Positions 37,425 to 51,304 of a stretch of DNA of 51,304 nucleotides are shown one piece after another. Below the pieces are notes generated by a model. That model ran no database searches and was not told where the DNA came from. It saw only the letters and a list, made by a program, of their open reading frames with translations. The stretch covers positions 54,027,618 through 54,078,921 of the forward strand of contig NC_057718.1 of assembly GCF_004010195.1 (NCBI RefSeq), in the 5' to 3' direction. The stretch is from Chiloscyllium plagiosum (lineage: Eukaryota). Position numbers and translations under genes: made by a program. Position 1 is the first letter of the stretch. Every line of letters begins with the position of its first letter.

Positions 37425-39274
37425 GAGCCCCTTTAAGTGTGGATATTCTGGCCTGATTAAAAGTAGTAAACCTTCCAAGCTCATTGATTCACTGCTCATC
37501 TGGTCAATCTGTTGTTTCATGGGACATAAATACAGCTGATACTTATATAGTGACTCTTAATTGAGTTGTAAATAACCATATTAGCATTCAATGTGATTAT
37601 TTATTCTCATTATTTGACCATCTGTGTCAAAAATTGTTCTCAGAATCTTCACAGCTAATAAGTGTACTATCTTTCACACAATTATCATCTGAGCTAATTT
37701 GCCTCCGTTTATTTTGTCTTACCCCACAACCCTTTTTTAGGAAATACATTAAGTGGTGGCTACTTGGCTTGGCTATTTATCACTGTTCAGTTATTAACTC
37801 TAGCTTTCCTTCCAAGCTAGTTTAGAAACATTTGGTGCTTTAATTGAAATTTCAAACATTTTTGGCTGTGTCGTACTGGAAAGTTGTTAACATTTTCAGA
37901 AGCATCTTGCCCATATATCTCTAGATTTCCTTCTCAAAAAAAAGTCAAGCCAGGCAATTAATGTGAAGGTTTCTGTTAAGGATTACCAAATGCTCCTGGC
38001 ACAAGGTTTAAATGATCACATTTACTTTGAAGGATTTGTAAAATCCATGTTAAATTGAAAAGTTAAAGTTTCACATTAAAGAAAGAAAATGAAGCAACTG
38101 TTAGTAGACAAAAATTAATGAACTAAAATTTCCCTTGAATTTGGAATCTGATTTAAGATTTTTTTTCTATTTAGATTTGTGTATTAGTCAAATAGTCTCG
38201 GTGTAAGACCATCTTTGTGAGGAATTCAATCTCTATGAAAGAGCTTGTTTTGTTTTATAATCTAAATCAATATTTCTAAATTTCATCCATGAACATTAGG
38301 CAGGAAGGAAATTCCTAAGTTGATGCGATCAGTGTTCTAAGTAGCCAGTGAACATTGTCAGTGACTAGTTGGATTATTTCCTTTAGCTGATAAAGTAATC
38401 AAGTTATGCTCAAATGTCCATTTATCCACAGGCTGTTTATTGAAACATGGTAATAAGGAAAGTTGCTTCCAATGAAGCTTGAAATGGAGAGAGTGATTGT
38501 TCAACACTTTAAATAATCTGATGAAACAGTCACAGTGTGCAAACATCTTAACTGATAGCACCTACCAATCTTCATAACTTCCCACTCTCACTGTACAGAT
38601 CAGCTCATTCATCTCCAGAACAGGTAGAGAGTTTATTTTTAATCCCCTCAAAAAAAGGTTCCTTCTGGATAGGAAAGTCAATGAAACTCAGCAAAATTGA
38701 CATTAGTTTCAAACTCAAAATAATCCATTACTCTGCAATATACAATTTTCCCTTGACTGACTAAAAATATTTTGATTCCTATGTCTTTTTTACATGTAAA
38801 TGGATTGGGAATTCTCTCTTCCAATATTTGTGTTGGAATGTAGAATAATAGAAGACTCCCCAAAAAAGGACAAAAAAAAACAAAAAAAGAATCTTGATGC
38901 AGCTTCTTAGATGCCACATTGAAAATCCTGGATGATCTTTCCATTATAAACTCCTCTCAATAGATTGCTGAGCCATAGGAATTACAAGTGAAGGGGTACA
39001 TGTGCATGTTCACCAATGACCTATACTCCTTCTGGGCATTGCCACTCATGAACTCTAGATGCCTCAAAATATAGGCAACTTTGGCCAGGGGTGCTCTGTT
39101 ATAATATGGCAGGTTGAAGGTTTTTCACAGACAGCAAAATTGCAGAAAAGGTGTTGGATTTTCTCCTACTGCAAAAGGAAACAAAAAAAATACTGGAAAT
39201 CACAGGTCAGGCAGCATCCATGGAGACAGCAAATGGAGCAGACATGAAGTGTGGTGGGCACAGCATTTATGCAA

Positions 39275-40405
39275 AAGAACATAGAACTGTACAGCATAGG
39301 AATAGGCCCTTCAGCCCATGACGTTTTACCAAACATGACGCCAAATTAAACTAATCCCTTCTGCCTGCCCTTGGTCCATATCCCTCCATTCCTTGCATAT
39401 TCAAGTGCTGATCCAAAAGTCTCTTAAAATGAGTCTATCATATCTGCCTCCACCACCACTCAAAATAAACTTGCCCGCTCTCACTTTAATGCATTCCCCT
39501 CGTTTTAGATATTTCAACTCTGGGGAAAAAAGGATTCTGACCAACAACCCTATCTATGCATCTCAACTTCACAGAGTTCCGTCAAGTCTCTCCTCAGCCT
39601 CCACTGCTCCAAAGCAAACAGCCAGAGTTTTTTTTAAGTTCTCCTAGTAGCTCATACCCTGTAATCCAGACAGCATCCTGGTAAAGATCTCCTCCAAAGG
39701 CTCTACTTCCTTCTGTAATTTGGCAACCAGAATTGAATGCAATATGGAGTGTGCCTAACCAAACAAAACAGCAACATGACATCCTGACTCTTGTATTCAA
39801 TTCCCTGATCAATAAAACTCAAATCATGCCATATGCCTTCTTTACCATCCTATCCACTTGTGTGGCCACTTGTATGGGTTTGAACCCCAAGATCCCTCTG
39901 TAAACCACAGTTCAGGGTCTTGCCATTAACTGTATTTTTCCTTAACATCTGACCTATCAAAGTGCAGCACCCCACACTTACCTGGATTAAACTCTATCTG
40001 CCATTTCTCCATCCAGATCTGCAACTGATCTGTATCTCTGCAGAACACCAGTCATGGACCTCCAGCCCAAAAAAAAAATTTAAAAAAACATCCTTCCGCC
40101 ACTACCTTCTACCTCCTATGGACAAGCCAATTCTGAATCCACGTGGCCAAGGCACTGTGAATCCCATACATCCTAATCTTCTGGATGACCCTACCATGAG
40201 GGACTTTGTCGAAAGCCTTACTAAACATCCATGTAGACAACATCCACTGCTCTACCCACATTGATCACCTTTGAATTTTGAGGAGATGATAATCAAATTA
40301 TTAAGACATGATCTCCCAAGCACAAAGCTATGCTGACTGTTCCTAATTAGGACACACTTTTCCGAATGTGTGTAAATCTTATCCCTAAGAATTCTTTCCA
40401 ATCAC
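39275..40405 (-). mobile_element. Decayed CR1 (RT to 3' end)
   Basis: Minus strand shows VDVVYMD/FSKAFDKVPHGR-type, WQIEFNPGKC and CR1 3' UTR sequence. Confidence 0.85.
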
Positions 40406-40559
40406 TAATTTGGGGCTCACTAGTGCAGAGTTTGAGGGAGCAGTGGTTTCAGGGATAAAATGTGTAGTGCTCAGAGAAAAAATGTTCTGACCGTGCAGAT
40501 TAAGTGACCGGAATGTGAAAGTGGCAGAATAATGTCTAACTGCTAGTCTGGAAAGAACA

Positions 40560-42999
40560 TGGTTAGAGTCAAAAAAAATCTGCAGATGCTGGAATCAAAG
40601 GTGGACAAGAAGGAGTCTGGAAGAACACAGCAAGCCAGGCAGCATTAAGAGGTGGTGAAGACAACATTTCAGATGTAACACTTCTTCAGGACTGGGGGTG
40701 GGTGGAAGGGAAACTGCAGATAAAAGGTGGTGGTGCACGGGGGTGAAGTGGAGATAAGTGAACACAGGCAGAGGGTATGAACTGATTGGTCAATGGGAGG
40801 AATGGAATGCACTTTTCCTCCCTCTGTCATCCAGACAGCCCTCCATTGCACCACCTCCATTCCACTGCTCTAAACTCCCCCACCAACCAAATGCAATAAT
40901 GACAGGGTCCCCCTTGTCCTCACTTATCACCCCACCAGTCTCCACATCCAACACATCATCCTTAAACACTTCCACCAATTCCAACTAGACCCCACCACCA
41001 AGAACACCTTCTCCTCCCCAGCCCTCTCTGCCTTCCACAAGAGCTATTCCCTTCGCCAATCCTTGGTTCTCCCCAATGCCCCACCCCCAACACCCTGAAC
41101 CCCAGGTACCTTCCCCTGCAACTGGAAAAGATGCAAAACCTGCAGGCACACCATCTCCCTCACCTTCGTCCAGGGCTCCACACAGTCCTTCCAGGTGAAG
41201 CAGAGGTTCACCTGCCTCCCCTCTAACCCAGTTTACTCGATAATGTGGTCTTCTCTACATTGGGGAGAAGAAACATAAACTAAAGGGAATATTTCACTGA
41301 GCATCTTAGCCAGGCCAGCAGGGGTCGACCTGACCTCCCAGTTACCAACCATTTCAATTCCCTTTCACATTCCCTTTCCAAGATGACGATCCTTGACCTC
41401 CTCTGTTGCCACAGTGAATCAAACTGCAAATTGGAGAAACAAAGAATAAAAGAACGAGGAGCAGGTGTAGGCCATCTGGCCCTGCGAACCTAATCAGCCA
41501 TGATCTTATTGAATGGCAGAGATTCTTGTGGCCTCAGCTCCACTTACCCACCCTCTCACCGTAACCCTTAATTCCTCCATTGTTCAAAAAAAAAACCACA
41601 ATCTTAGCTGTATAAATATTTACTAAAGCAGTGTTAACTACTTCACCGGGCAGGGAATTCCATAGGTTTACAACCCTCTGGGTGAAGAAGTTTCTTCGCA
41701 ATTCAGTCCCAAATCTGCTCCCTCTAATCTGGAGGCTCCCTCTTGTCCTAGGTCTACCTGCCAGTGGAAGTTTCCTCTCTATGTCGTATCTATTCCCTTC
41801 ATAGTTTTATATGTTTCTATAAAAAAAAAGGTGCCCCCCGCCCTCACTCTTGAATTCCAATGAATGCAATTAAAATAATTACTCGTCACAGTCTCTCCTC
41901 ATAAGCCAAACCCCTCAACTCTGGAATCAACTTAGTGAACCTCCTCTGCACCCCCTCCAGTGCCAGTACATCCTTTCTCACGTAAGGAGGCCAAAACTGC
42001 ACACAGTACTCCAGAGGTGGCCTCACCAGCACCTTGTACAGCTGCAACATAATCTCCCTGCTTTTAAACTTAATCCCTTTAGCAATGGAGGACAAAATCC
42101 CATTTACCTTCCAAACTATACAAAATACTAGTGCGGCCACACTTGGAATATGGTGTACAGTTCTGGTCACCATATTTCCAGAAGGATGTGGAAGCATTGG
42201 AAAAGGTGCAGAGGAGATTTACCAGGATGTTGCCTGGTCTGGAGGGTAGGTCTTATGGAGGAAAGGCTGAGAGATTTGGATCTGTTCTCATTGGAAAGGC
42301 TGCAGCTAAGAGGAGATTTGATAGAGACATACAAGATGATCAGAGGATTAGATAGGGTAGACAGTGAACGTCTTTTTCCTAGGATGATGACATCAGCTTG
42401 TACAAGGGGGCATAACTACAAATTGAGAGGTGATAGATTGAAGACAGATGATGTCAGAGGCAGGTTCTTTATGCAGAGAGTGCTAAGGGCGTGAAATGCC
42501 CTGCCTGCCAATGTAGTTAACTCAGCCACATTAGGGAGATTTAAACAATCTTTCGATAAGCACGTGGACGATGAGATAGTGTAGGGAGACAAGCGGAGAA
42601 TAGTTCACAGGTCGGCGCAACATCGAGGGCCAAAGGGCCTGGTTTGCGCTGTATTTTTCTATGTTCTATAATTCCCCTTTCTACCTGCAAACTTACCTTC
42701 TGTGATTCATGCACAAGGACTCATTTTCTGCTTGGGCAGCATACAGCCCAAAGGACTCTACAATGAGTTCCCCAATTTCAATCTCCCTACCCATCACCGA
42801 CACTCTTCCATTCTTCTCATCAACCAATGAGGTCATACCCTCTACCTGTGTTCACCTATCCCTACCTCACCACCCTGACCCCCCCAACCCCCTTTATCTG
42901 CAGCTCCCCCAGTCCTAAAGGAGGGTTACACCCCAAGTGTTGACTTCTCCAGCTGCTGACAATGTCTCGCTTACTGTGCTCTTCCAGTCTCCAGCTTGT
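40560..42999 (+). mobile_element. Penelope-like retroelement fragment with GIY-YIG endonuclease remnant, inverted pLTR at left, interrupted by CR1 copies
   Basis: PGTFPCNWKRCKTC (41102 on), QRFTC, CGLLYIGE (~41244). Resumes at about 42720. 40560-40805 is the inverted pLTR. TSD CTAG(T/A)CTGGAAAGAACA at 40543-40559 and 43000-43016. Confidence 0.85.
41442..42720. mobile_element. Nested CR1 fragments: minus copy (41442-42112 and 42670-42720) interrupted by a plus copy (42113-42669)
   Basis: Minus LYKVLVRPPLEYCVQFWPP. Plus RPHLEYGVQFWSPYFQKDVEALEKVQRRFTRML. Confidence 0.88.
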
Positions 43000-43711
43000 C
43001 TAGACTGGAAAGAACAGACAGTTCCACTGGGGCGGGGGGGGAGAAACAGAGGGCATAGTGAGAGGAGATTACAACAAGTAAAGCTAACAAGAAAAAAAAG
43101 GGAAGGAATGGGAATGGGCTCAATCTGAAAATGTTGAACTCAAAATTAACTTCAAAAATGTTTGAAAGGTGCCTAGTCTGTCTCCTCGTTGCTTCAGGTT
43201 TTTGAAGAATGTGCAGTGGATGGTGAAGAGGAAAACTCTTTGTAACAGACTGAAAGTCATTAATCCTCCTGTACAACTGAAAAGCAAAAACTTCAATCAA
43301 GGCACCAATTACAGCAAACATAAGCATCAGCGGCAACTTACTGGACATCATGGAATTCATATTTAGAGTTCCCGATGTAAGCAGATGATAGTTGAAAACA
43401 ATTTTCATAGTTTATTAAATTGTTAAGCAGCAGTTTAGATATGAAAGAAGTATATGACCCATCACAGACGAGAAAGCTTTACCAATCCCAAAGCTATGAA
43501 GAGCAGGGGCAGTAGACCCTATATTTTAGTTTGGTGGAGTGCTCGCTGGTGATGGTGATTCACCATCCTGACTAGAAAGTGTGCAAGTAATGTTCATCTA
43601 CATTTTGTAATGAGATTACCTATGAGACTTTGTAAATCCACTCTTTAAAGTTAAAATGAGGAAGTCAGATGTTATGATCAGAGTTACTAGTAACCTACAC
43701 AGTCTGCTCTA

Positions 43712-44105
43712 AAAGCAACAAAAACAGAAGTTGCTGATAAAGCTCAGCAGGTCTGGCAGCATCTGGTGAAGAGAAATCAAGCATAATGTTTCAGATCCAG
43801 TGACCCTTACCTCATAACTGATGATAGGTGGAAAAATGTTTTGATAGGTGGTGGTGTGGGAGGCAATAGGCAGGGATAGAGCCCAAAAAGAGAGGGAAGA
43901 ACAGTTGGACAGACAAAGGAGTCGATAACGACCTGGTTGGGAGGTGAATAGCTGTTAATAGGGACTGTTAACAATAGGTAGTGTGTAATGGCAGACTTTG
44001 TGATAACAAGGCCAGGTGTGTGTCGTAAGGGGCTGGGACATGGGAGAGTTCAGGTCCTAAAATTATTGAACACCATATTGAGTCCAGAGGGCTGTAAGGT
44101 CCAGC
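43712..44105 (-). mobile_element. PLE 3' fragment (third family)
   Basis: AAAAACAGAAGTTGCTGATAAAGCTCAGCAGGTCTGGCAGCATC tail, decayed hammerhead-like GGGTCACTGGATCTGAAAC on the minus strand, LQPSGLN-type ORF end. Confidence 0.7.
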
Positions 44106-46361
44106 CACTTTAATCAGTTGTGTGTGATTTAATGTGGTTAACAAATAATTTGAGTATACCTAATTAAAGTCAAGCTAGCTTCTTCAAAGTATATAATTCC
44201 AATACTTCAGGTTCAATAATCAAGACCAGAAAACTGATCAATGAATAATCAAACTTGATCAAATGTGATCAAGTAAAACAAGACGTTTCTCCAATAACAA
44301 AAGATTATTTAAGTAACAAAATGACAGAAATATTGTTATACTTATTAGAAACAGAAGAGAGACAAAAGTGGCCAAAACCTGACTTATGAACAGGAAACTT
44401 CTTCATTCCTCAAGATAAAACTCCTCCAGTTTTCAGGCTGACAAAAAGTCCGTGATGAAATATAACCAAAAACTACCTTCACTTGGATGGATAGAAATCC
44501 CAGTCTGAGGCATGACCAAATATCAACTGCCACAGATATATGCAGAACTCTCAAGTGATTTCATTTAAATTTAATTTAAATTCATATTAAAATGTTCATA
44601 TCCTCTTTGTATAAAACCTCCTTAATTGAAAAGTTCAAATATAAATTGCTATTAATATGGTAATAGTCAATTTGGTTGCATCTGATCATAAGCATACGTG
44701 GACTCTTACCCCAAGGACATGAAGCATTTCATAATGTCCACCTTATCTTTAAAATGAACAAATAATTATTCAGAAGTGTCCCTGTATCATAGGGCCAAGG
44801 TCAGTGTTATAAATAAGATGCTAGAGGTGCTTCCCTCAATCAATTCCCATTGTCTGTTTACAGCAATATATTTTTTTTTTAAATCATTTTTGGCAGAGAT
44901 TTGAGGAATGCATTTTCTCTGGTTCCATTACTCGACCCATAACACATATTTAAAAAGTGTTTTACCAATTATATGTTAACTCATCTAATTCAAAACTAGT
45001 AAGCCAGTTGGATTTCTTTCATAAAGAAAATTATTGATTTATACTGAAGGAAGACTTATTCAGTGAAGGTGCAAAGCTTATTAGCACATAGTTTAAACTA
45101 TATCCACACCATTTATAATAATTACACATGTGCACACACAAGTAAAGAAACTTTCTTTGCAGAGATCAACTTTACAAAAACAAAAAGATTCACCACATAA
45201 TTCTTGAAGTTGAAATGGTAAGATACGAAGTGTTCCAGATAACTTTTGGTTTAGAAAAAGGAAAAGGATCCAAAAAAAAAGTGTTTTTAGTAACTAAGAA
45301 AAAAAAATGCCATGCCTCCTCAATATTTCAGATGAGCCAGTTTTCACCATCCTTTAAAAGGAGTCCTAAACAAACTGGAAATGCCTTCAAACTATACAGA
45401 GGGCAAATAATTTAATTAGTAGAAATTAATAAAAATATGACATTCATTTAATTGTGATTAGCAATTAATTATCCTTCAATTGCAGTGTAATTACCATGCT
45501 TCTTCTAGTACTGTTGTAGTTGCTTGCTACTCAATTTTAATTTGTCAATGTCAAGATAATGTGACTGTGTGGCAGTGTATAATAGTTTCTTTCAAATATG
45601 TTGCGCTCATATATAAATGGCATCTTGGCCTTGTTAGACTACTAGAATACATATGTTCGTAATAACCTCCAAAAGTTAGCAGATTAAGCAAACTAAACCT
45701 TAAATCTAGAATTGAAAACTTTGATTTACTTATAGTTAAGTACTGCTGAGTAAATGCAAGGCAAGAGACAAAAGAGAAGACTAAAATGAGTCTTTGTTAC
45801 GACTCAGTCATGGTGAAGGGAAGTTTTTTTTCCCCCCCAGTTAAATTGATAGTATTTTCAACTCATGTACTGCACTGGCAGAACCCTCAATTTAACTTTA
45901 CATACATGGCATCTGGTTCCTTCAAAGTTATATTGAAGATCAACATTTTTATTAACTTCTTCTGCATATCTATACAAATCTCAGTTTTTGTTCCCTCCTT
46001 TTATCTTGCTTCCCATATGTGATTTAAAGTTAAACTTATACTACATGGTTTACACCTTGGAAGAAGTGACACAATGCAGATTTGTAGATTTCCCAGGATA
46101 AGCAGGTCCACCTGGTCTTCTTCATTTACATCAATGGAGAGTGGTCCACAGGTAGCAGCTCAAGTACTTCCACCACTTGGAATGTAACATGAGTTTACTG
46201 ATCTTCTGCAATAGGTGAGACTTGTACCTGGCCCTCCAGGCTCAGAAATAATAACACCATCACTGAGGCAGAGGCAGCACTATGGTGAATGCATTTCTTC
46301 CTTGTATTTCCCAGTGAAGAATCTTCAATATTACTTTTTGAAGAGAAGATTAATTAATACA

Positions 46362-46555
46362 AAGTTAAAAATCACACAACACCAGGTTATAGTCCAACAG
46401 GCTTAACTGGAAGCACTAGCTTTCGAAGCACCGCTCCTTCAAGCAGTGTTCCGAAAGCTAGTGTGCTTCCAATTAAACCTGTTGGACTATAACCTGGTGC
46501 TGTGTGATTTTTAACTTTGTACCCCAGTCCAACACCGGCATCTCAAAATCATGAC
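46362..46555. mobile_element. Palindromic PLE insertion with 11-bp TSD
   Basis: TAATTAATACA at 46351-46361 and 46556-46566. Inverted arms meet inside the hammerhead stem II region. Confidence 0.82.
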
Positions 46556-46756
46556 TAATTAATACAGTTAGCCAAATGACTAGGGTGGTTTTCACAACAA
46601 CAATAACAGCTTGGGTTCAATTCCCAGAAGGGCTGAGGCAGACTTAATACCACAAATTCCAACTGACACAGTACAGTAGCGCTCCACAACACTGAGGATG
46701 TCACTTGGCAAGAGGACAAAACTTCGGCAAAATCAAATTCCAAGCTCGATAAGCAT

Positions 46757-49700
46757 ACAGAACATAAGAACTAGGAGCAGGTGTAGGCCATCTCACCTTT
46801 CGAGCCTGCTCTGCCATTCTATAGGATCATGGCTTATCTTTTTGTGGACTCTGCTCCACTTATTGGCCTTCTCACTACATTCATTTATTCTTTATTGTTC
46901 AAAAAAAATCTACCTTAGCTTTAAAAATATTTACTGAAGTAACATCAACTACTTCACTGGGCAGGGAATTCCATAGATTTACAACCCTCTGAGTGAAGAA
47001 GTTCCTTCTCAATTCAGTCCTAAATCTGCTCCCCCTAATCTTGAGGCTATGTCCTCTTGTCCTAGTTTCACCTGCCAGTGGAAACATCCTCTCTACTTCT
47101 ATCTTATCTTCCTTTCACAATTTTATGTTTCTATAAGATCCCCCCTCATTCTTCTGAATTCCAATGAATATATTATAATCCCAGTGCACTCAGTCTTTCC
47201 TCATAAGCCAACCCCCTCAACTCCAGAATCAACTTTATGAACCTCCTCTGCACCTTACCAGTGCCAGTACATCCTTTCTCAAGTAAGGAGACCAAAACTG
47301 AACATAGTACTCCAGGTGTGGCCACACCTGCACCCTGTATAGCTGCAACATAACCTTCCTGCTTTTAAATGCAATCCCTTTAGCAATGAAGGACAAAATT
47401 CCATTTGCCTTCTTAATTACATGTTGTACCTACTGACTAACCCTCGGGATTCATGCACATGGACACCCAGGTCCCTCTGCGTAGCAGCATGCCGCAACTT
47501 TTTACCATTCAGGTAATTTTTTTATTTTTTAAAAACTATTACTCCTACCAAAATGTATGACTTCACATTTTTTAACATTTTACTCCATCTGCCAGACCCT
47601 TTGCCCATTTACTCACCGAATCTATGTTCCTCTGCAAAGTTTCACAGTCCTCTGCACACATTGCTCTGTCACTCATCTTCGTATCATCTCCAAACTTTGA
47701 CACACTGCATGTGGTCCCCCAACCCTAAAACATCTATGAATTGTGATTAATTGCAGTCCCAACACTCATCTCAGAGGCACACCATTAGTTACTGATTGTC
47801 AGCCCAAATAGCACTCATTTATCCCCACCCTTTGCTCCCTATCCTCTACCATATTAATACTTTACCCATAATGCCATGCATCTTTATCTTGTGCAGCAGC
47901 CTCTTATGTGGCACCTTGTCAAAGGCCTTTTGGAAATCTAGGTATACCATGTTTACTGGGTCTCCGTTTTCCAACTTGCTCATAATATTTTCATTGAATT
48001 CCAAAATATTTGTTAAGCATGACCTGCCCTTCATGAACCCATGCTGCATCTGCCCAATGGGACAAGTTCTATTGAAATGTCTTGCTATTTCTTCCTTGAT
48101 AATAGACTCAAGCATCTTCCCCTCTGCAGAGGTTAAGCTAACCAGTCTATAATTCCCTATTTTTTGTCTACCTCCCTTTTAAAACAGTGGCATCACATTT
48201 GCTGTTTCCCCATCTGCTGGAACTGCCCCACATTCCATTGAATTTTAGAAAATTAATACCACTTGCTATTTCTCCTGCCATCTCTTTTAGTAGCCTGGGA
48301 CACATTCCATCAGGGCGAGGAGACTTGTCTATCCTTAGCTCCACTCTCTGGTCCAACACTAGCTCTTCCATTACAATTACTTCCAGGTCCTCACATACCT
48401 TAGTTTCTGATTAGTGTTCTCCACTGTGAAGACCGATACAAAATACTTGCCATTTCATTACATCCCATAATTAAATGCGTCTTTTCATCTTATAAAAGGA
48501 TGAATGTTTACTTTAGCTACACTATTTCATTTTTAATATATTTGTAGAAACTGTTACTATCTGTTTTTATATTCTGTACTAGTTTTTTCTCATTCTATCT
48601 TACTTTTCTTTATAGCTCTTTTTGTGGGTCTGTTGATCTTTAATATTTTCCCAACCTTCTAGATTCCTGCTGTTTTTGGCCACTTTGTATGCATTCTCTT
48701 TCAATGTGATAGCGTCCCTTATTTCTTACAACACGAATGGCAGATTACCCTTTTTCTTACAGTCCTTCCTTTTCACTGGAATATACTTTTGCTGAGCACC
48801 TTGAAAAATTGCTTTGAAAGTCCTCAACGGTTAGTCAACTATCTCACCATAAAATCTTTGTTTCCAGTCTACATTAGCCAAGAACTCCCTCATTCTATTG
48901 TAGTCGCCCTTGTTTAAGCACAGGACCCTGGTGTTATATTTTATCTTCACACTCTCCATCTGTATTCTAAATTCAACTATACTGTGATCGCTCTTTCCAA
49001 GAGGATCCCTATCTATGACATCATTATATATTCCTGTCTCATTACACAGGACCAGCTCTAAGATAGCTTGTTCCCTCATTAGTTCCATTACACACTGTCC
49101 AAGAAAACTATCGCAGATACACTCAACAAACTGCTCCTCAAGGCTACACTGACCAATCAGCATTTAGATTAAGAACCCCCATGATTATTGCCATGCCATT
49201 TTTACAGACATTAGTTATTTCTTTGTTTATTGCCCAACCCAATGTGATGTAATATTTGGTGGCCTATAGACTGTGCCTATCAGTGACATTTTCTTCTTAG
49301 AATCTCTAATTTCTACCCAAACGAATTCAACCTTATTCTCCATAGAACCTATATCATCTCTCAGCACCATCCTGATGTCATTCTTAAATATCAGAGCTAC
49401 ACCAACTCCATTACCTTCCTGGCTGTCCTTCCGAATAGTCCGATTCCCCTGGATATTTAACTCCCAGCGGTGACAACCCTGTAACCAAGTCTCCGTAATG
49501 GCTGCTAAATCATATTCATTTGCAATGATTTGTGCTGTTAACTCATCTACCTTGTTATGAATGCTACGAGCATTCAAGTAAAGTGCCCTTATGCTAGCTT
49601 TCTTAGCATCATGATTTCCAACATCTAATAAAGTCTCCTGAGTTATCCTTCCTTTTTACTTCTTCATAGCCTTGTACTTAAACGCTCGTGCACACGTGCT

Positions 49701-49860
49701 AACCTGCCTGCTTACCTTTTTATTTGCCATTATACTTCCTGCTGTTTTCCCTTTGCCGTCCCCCCTAATCCATTTAAAGTGAAAACACTGGTTCCAGTTC
49801 AGTTCAGGAGGAGACTGTCCCAGCGGTACAGATCCCTCTGGATTTGTAACTGAAACCAGC
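46757..49860 (-). mobile_element. Long decayed CR1 (end of ORF1 esterase, APE endonuclease, RT, 3' UTR)
   Basis: DLYRWD-xxLN, NARSIHNKVDEL...AITETWL, LGKSDH, QHGFMKGRSCLTN, YLDFQKAFDKVPH, RRNFFTQRVVNLWNSLP. Confidence 0.93.
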
Positions 49861-50099
49861 GCCTGAGCTACAAATCTTTACGAATCCTTGAACACCTACA
49901 AGTGATAGATGCTAAAACAAGCAAGGAAATGGGAATTCTGTGTCAACCATCTAAGCACTACCTATGAACAATCCTGCATGAATGCTGAAGGAATCAAAAT
50001 CTACTACCTGTTGTCAGGTACAGACCACCAATCAACCAGCCACAAGCCAGAGAAACAGCCAGACAAAACGTGCAGTCCGAGGTACACACAGATGTTTTT

Positions 50100-51304
50100 G
50101 TGGCCAGCAGAGAAAAACCAGCCAGGATCAAGGATGTCTCAGGCAGGGTGCAGAATGTTCTCACGGGGGAAGAGGGACCAGCAAGAGGTCATTGTCCACA
50201 TTGGAACCAACAATATAGGAAGGGAAAAGGTTGAAATACTGAAGGGAGATGAGAGAGAGAGAGTTAGGCAGAAATTTAAAATGGAGGTCCTCAAGGATAG
50301 TAATACCTGGATTACTCCTAGTGCTACGAGCTAGTGAGGGCAGGAATAGGAGGAGAGAGCAGATGAATGCATGGCTGAGGAGCTGGTGTATGGGAGAAAG
50401 ATTCACATTTTTGGATCATTAGAATCTCCTTTGGGGTCGAAGTGACCTGTACGAGAAGGACGGATTGCACCTAAATTGTAAGGGGACTAATATACTGGTA
50501 GGGAGATTTGCTAGAACGGCTTGGGAGGATTTAAACTAGTAAGGTTGGGATGGGGTGGGGTGGGGGAGGATCCCAGGGAGATAGTGAGGTAAGAGATCAA
50601 TCTGAGACTGGTACAGTTGAGAACAGAAGTGAATCAAACAAACACAGTCAGGGCAGGCAGGGACTAGGTAGGACTAATAAATTAAACTGCATTTATTTCA
50701 ATTCAAGGGGCCTAACAGGAAAGGCAGATGAACTCAGGGCATGGTTAGGAACATGGGATTGGGATATCATAGCAATTATGGAAACATGGCTCAGGGATGG
50801 GCAGGACTGGCAGCTTAATCTACCAGGAAACAAATGTACAGGAAGGATAGAAAGGGAGGCAAGAGATGAGGTGGATGTGGCATTTTTGATAAGGGATAGC
50901 ATCACAGCTGTGCTGAGGGAGGATATTCCCGGAAATACATCCAGGAAGTTATTTCAGTGGAACTGAGAAATAAGAAAAGGGATGATCACCTTATTGGGAT
51001 AATATTATAGACCCCCTAATAGTCAGAGGGAAATTGAGAAACAAACTTGTAAGGAGATCTCAGCTATCTGTAAGAGTAATAGGGTAGTTATGGTAGGAGA
51101 TTTTAACTTTCCAAACATAGACACGGACTGCCATATTGTTAAAGGTTTAGATGGAGAGGAAATTGTTAAGTGTGTACAAGACAATTTTCTGATTCAGTAT
51201 GTGGATGTACCTACCAGAGAAGGTGCAAAACGTGACCTACTCTTGGGAAATAAGGCAGGGCAGGTGACTGAGGTGTCAGTGGGGGAGCACTTTGGGGCCA
51301 GCGA
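50100..51304 (+). mobile_element. CR1 5' portion: ORF1 SGNH esterase remnant and ORF2 APE endonuclease, running off the window end
   Basis: VIVHIGTNNIG and DGLHLN (SGNH blocks). CIYFNSRGL...IMETWL, YYRPP, VGDFNFP (APE domain). Confidence 0.92.

Overview
Eukaryotic, repeat-dense DNA, most likely intronic or intergenic sequence from a cartilaginous fish (shark). This is inferred from HE1-like tRNA-derived SINEs with (TAATC)n tails, many CR1 LINE fragments and a Deu-domain SINE remnant. No intact host protein-coding gene is evident, and nearly all listed ORFs are pieces or antisense frames of decayed TEs. The window holds: many CR1/L2 fragments; SINEs; a Gypsy pol remnant and a probable solo LTR; a hAT transposase remnant; and at least ten Penelope-like (PLE) insertions, several with minimal type I hammerhead ribozyme cores and built as TSD-flanked inverted repeats. 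The most unusual item is at about 20035-21435 on the minus strand: a decayed, intronless gene with a possible signal peptide, a Cys-rich segment, a Ser/Thr-rich linker and a trypsin-like protease domain. It lies back-to-back with the hAT transposase, and together they form a ~6 kb block that splits one old CR1 copy. TE boundaries are approximate, read by eye, and family names come from remembered motifs, not database searches.
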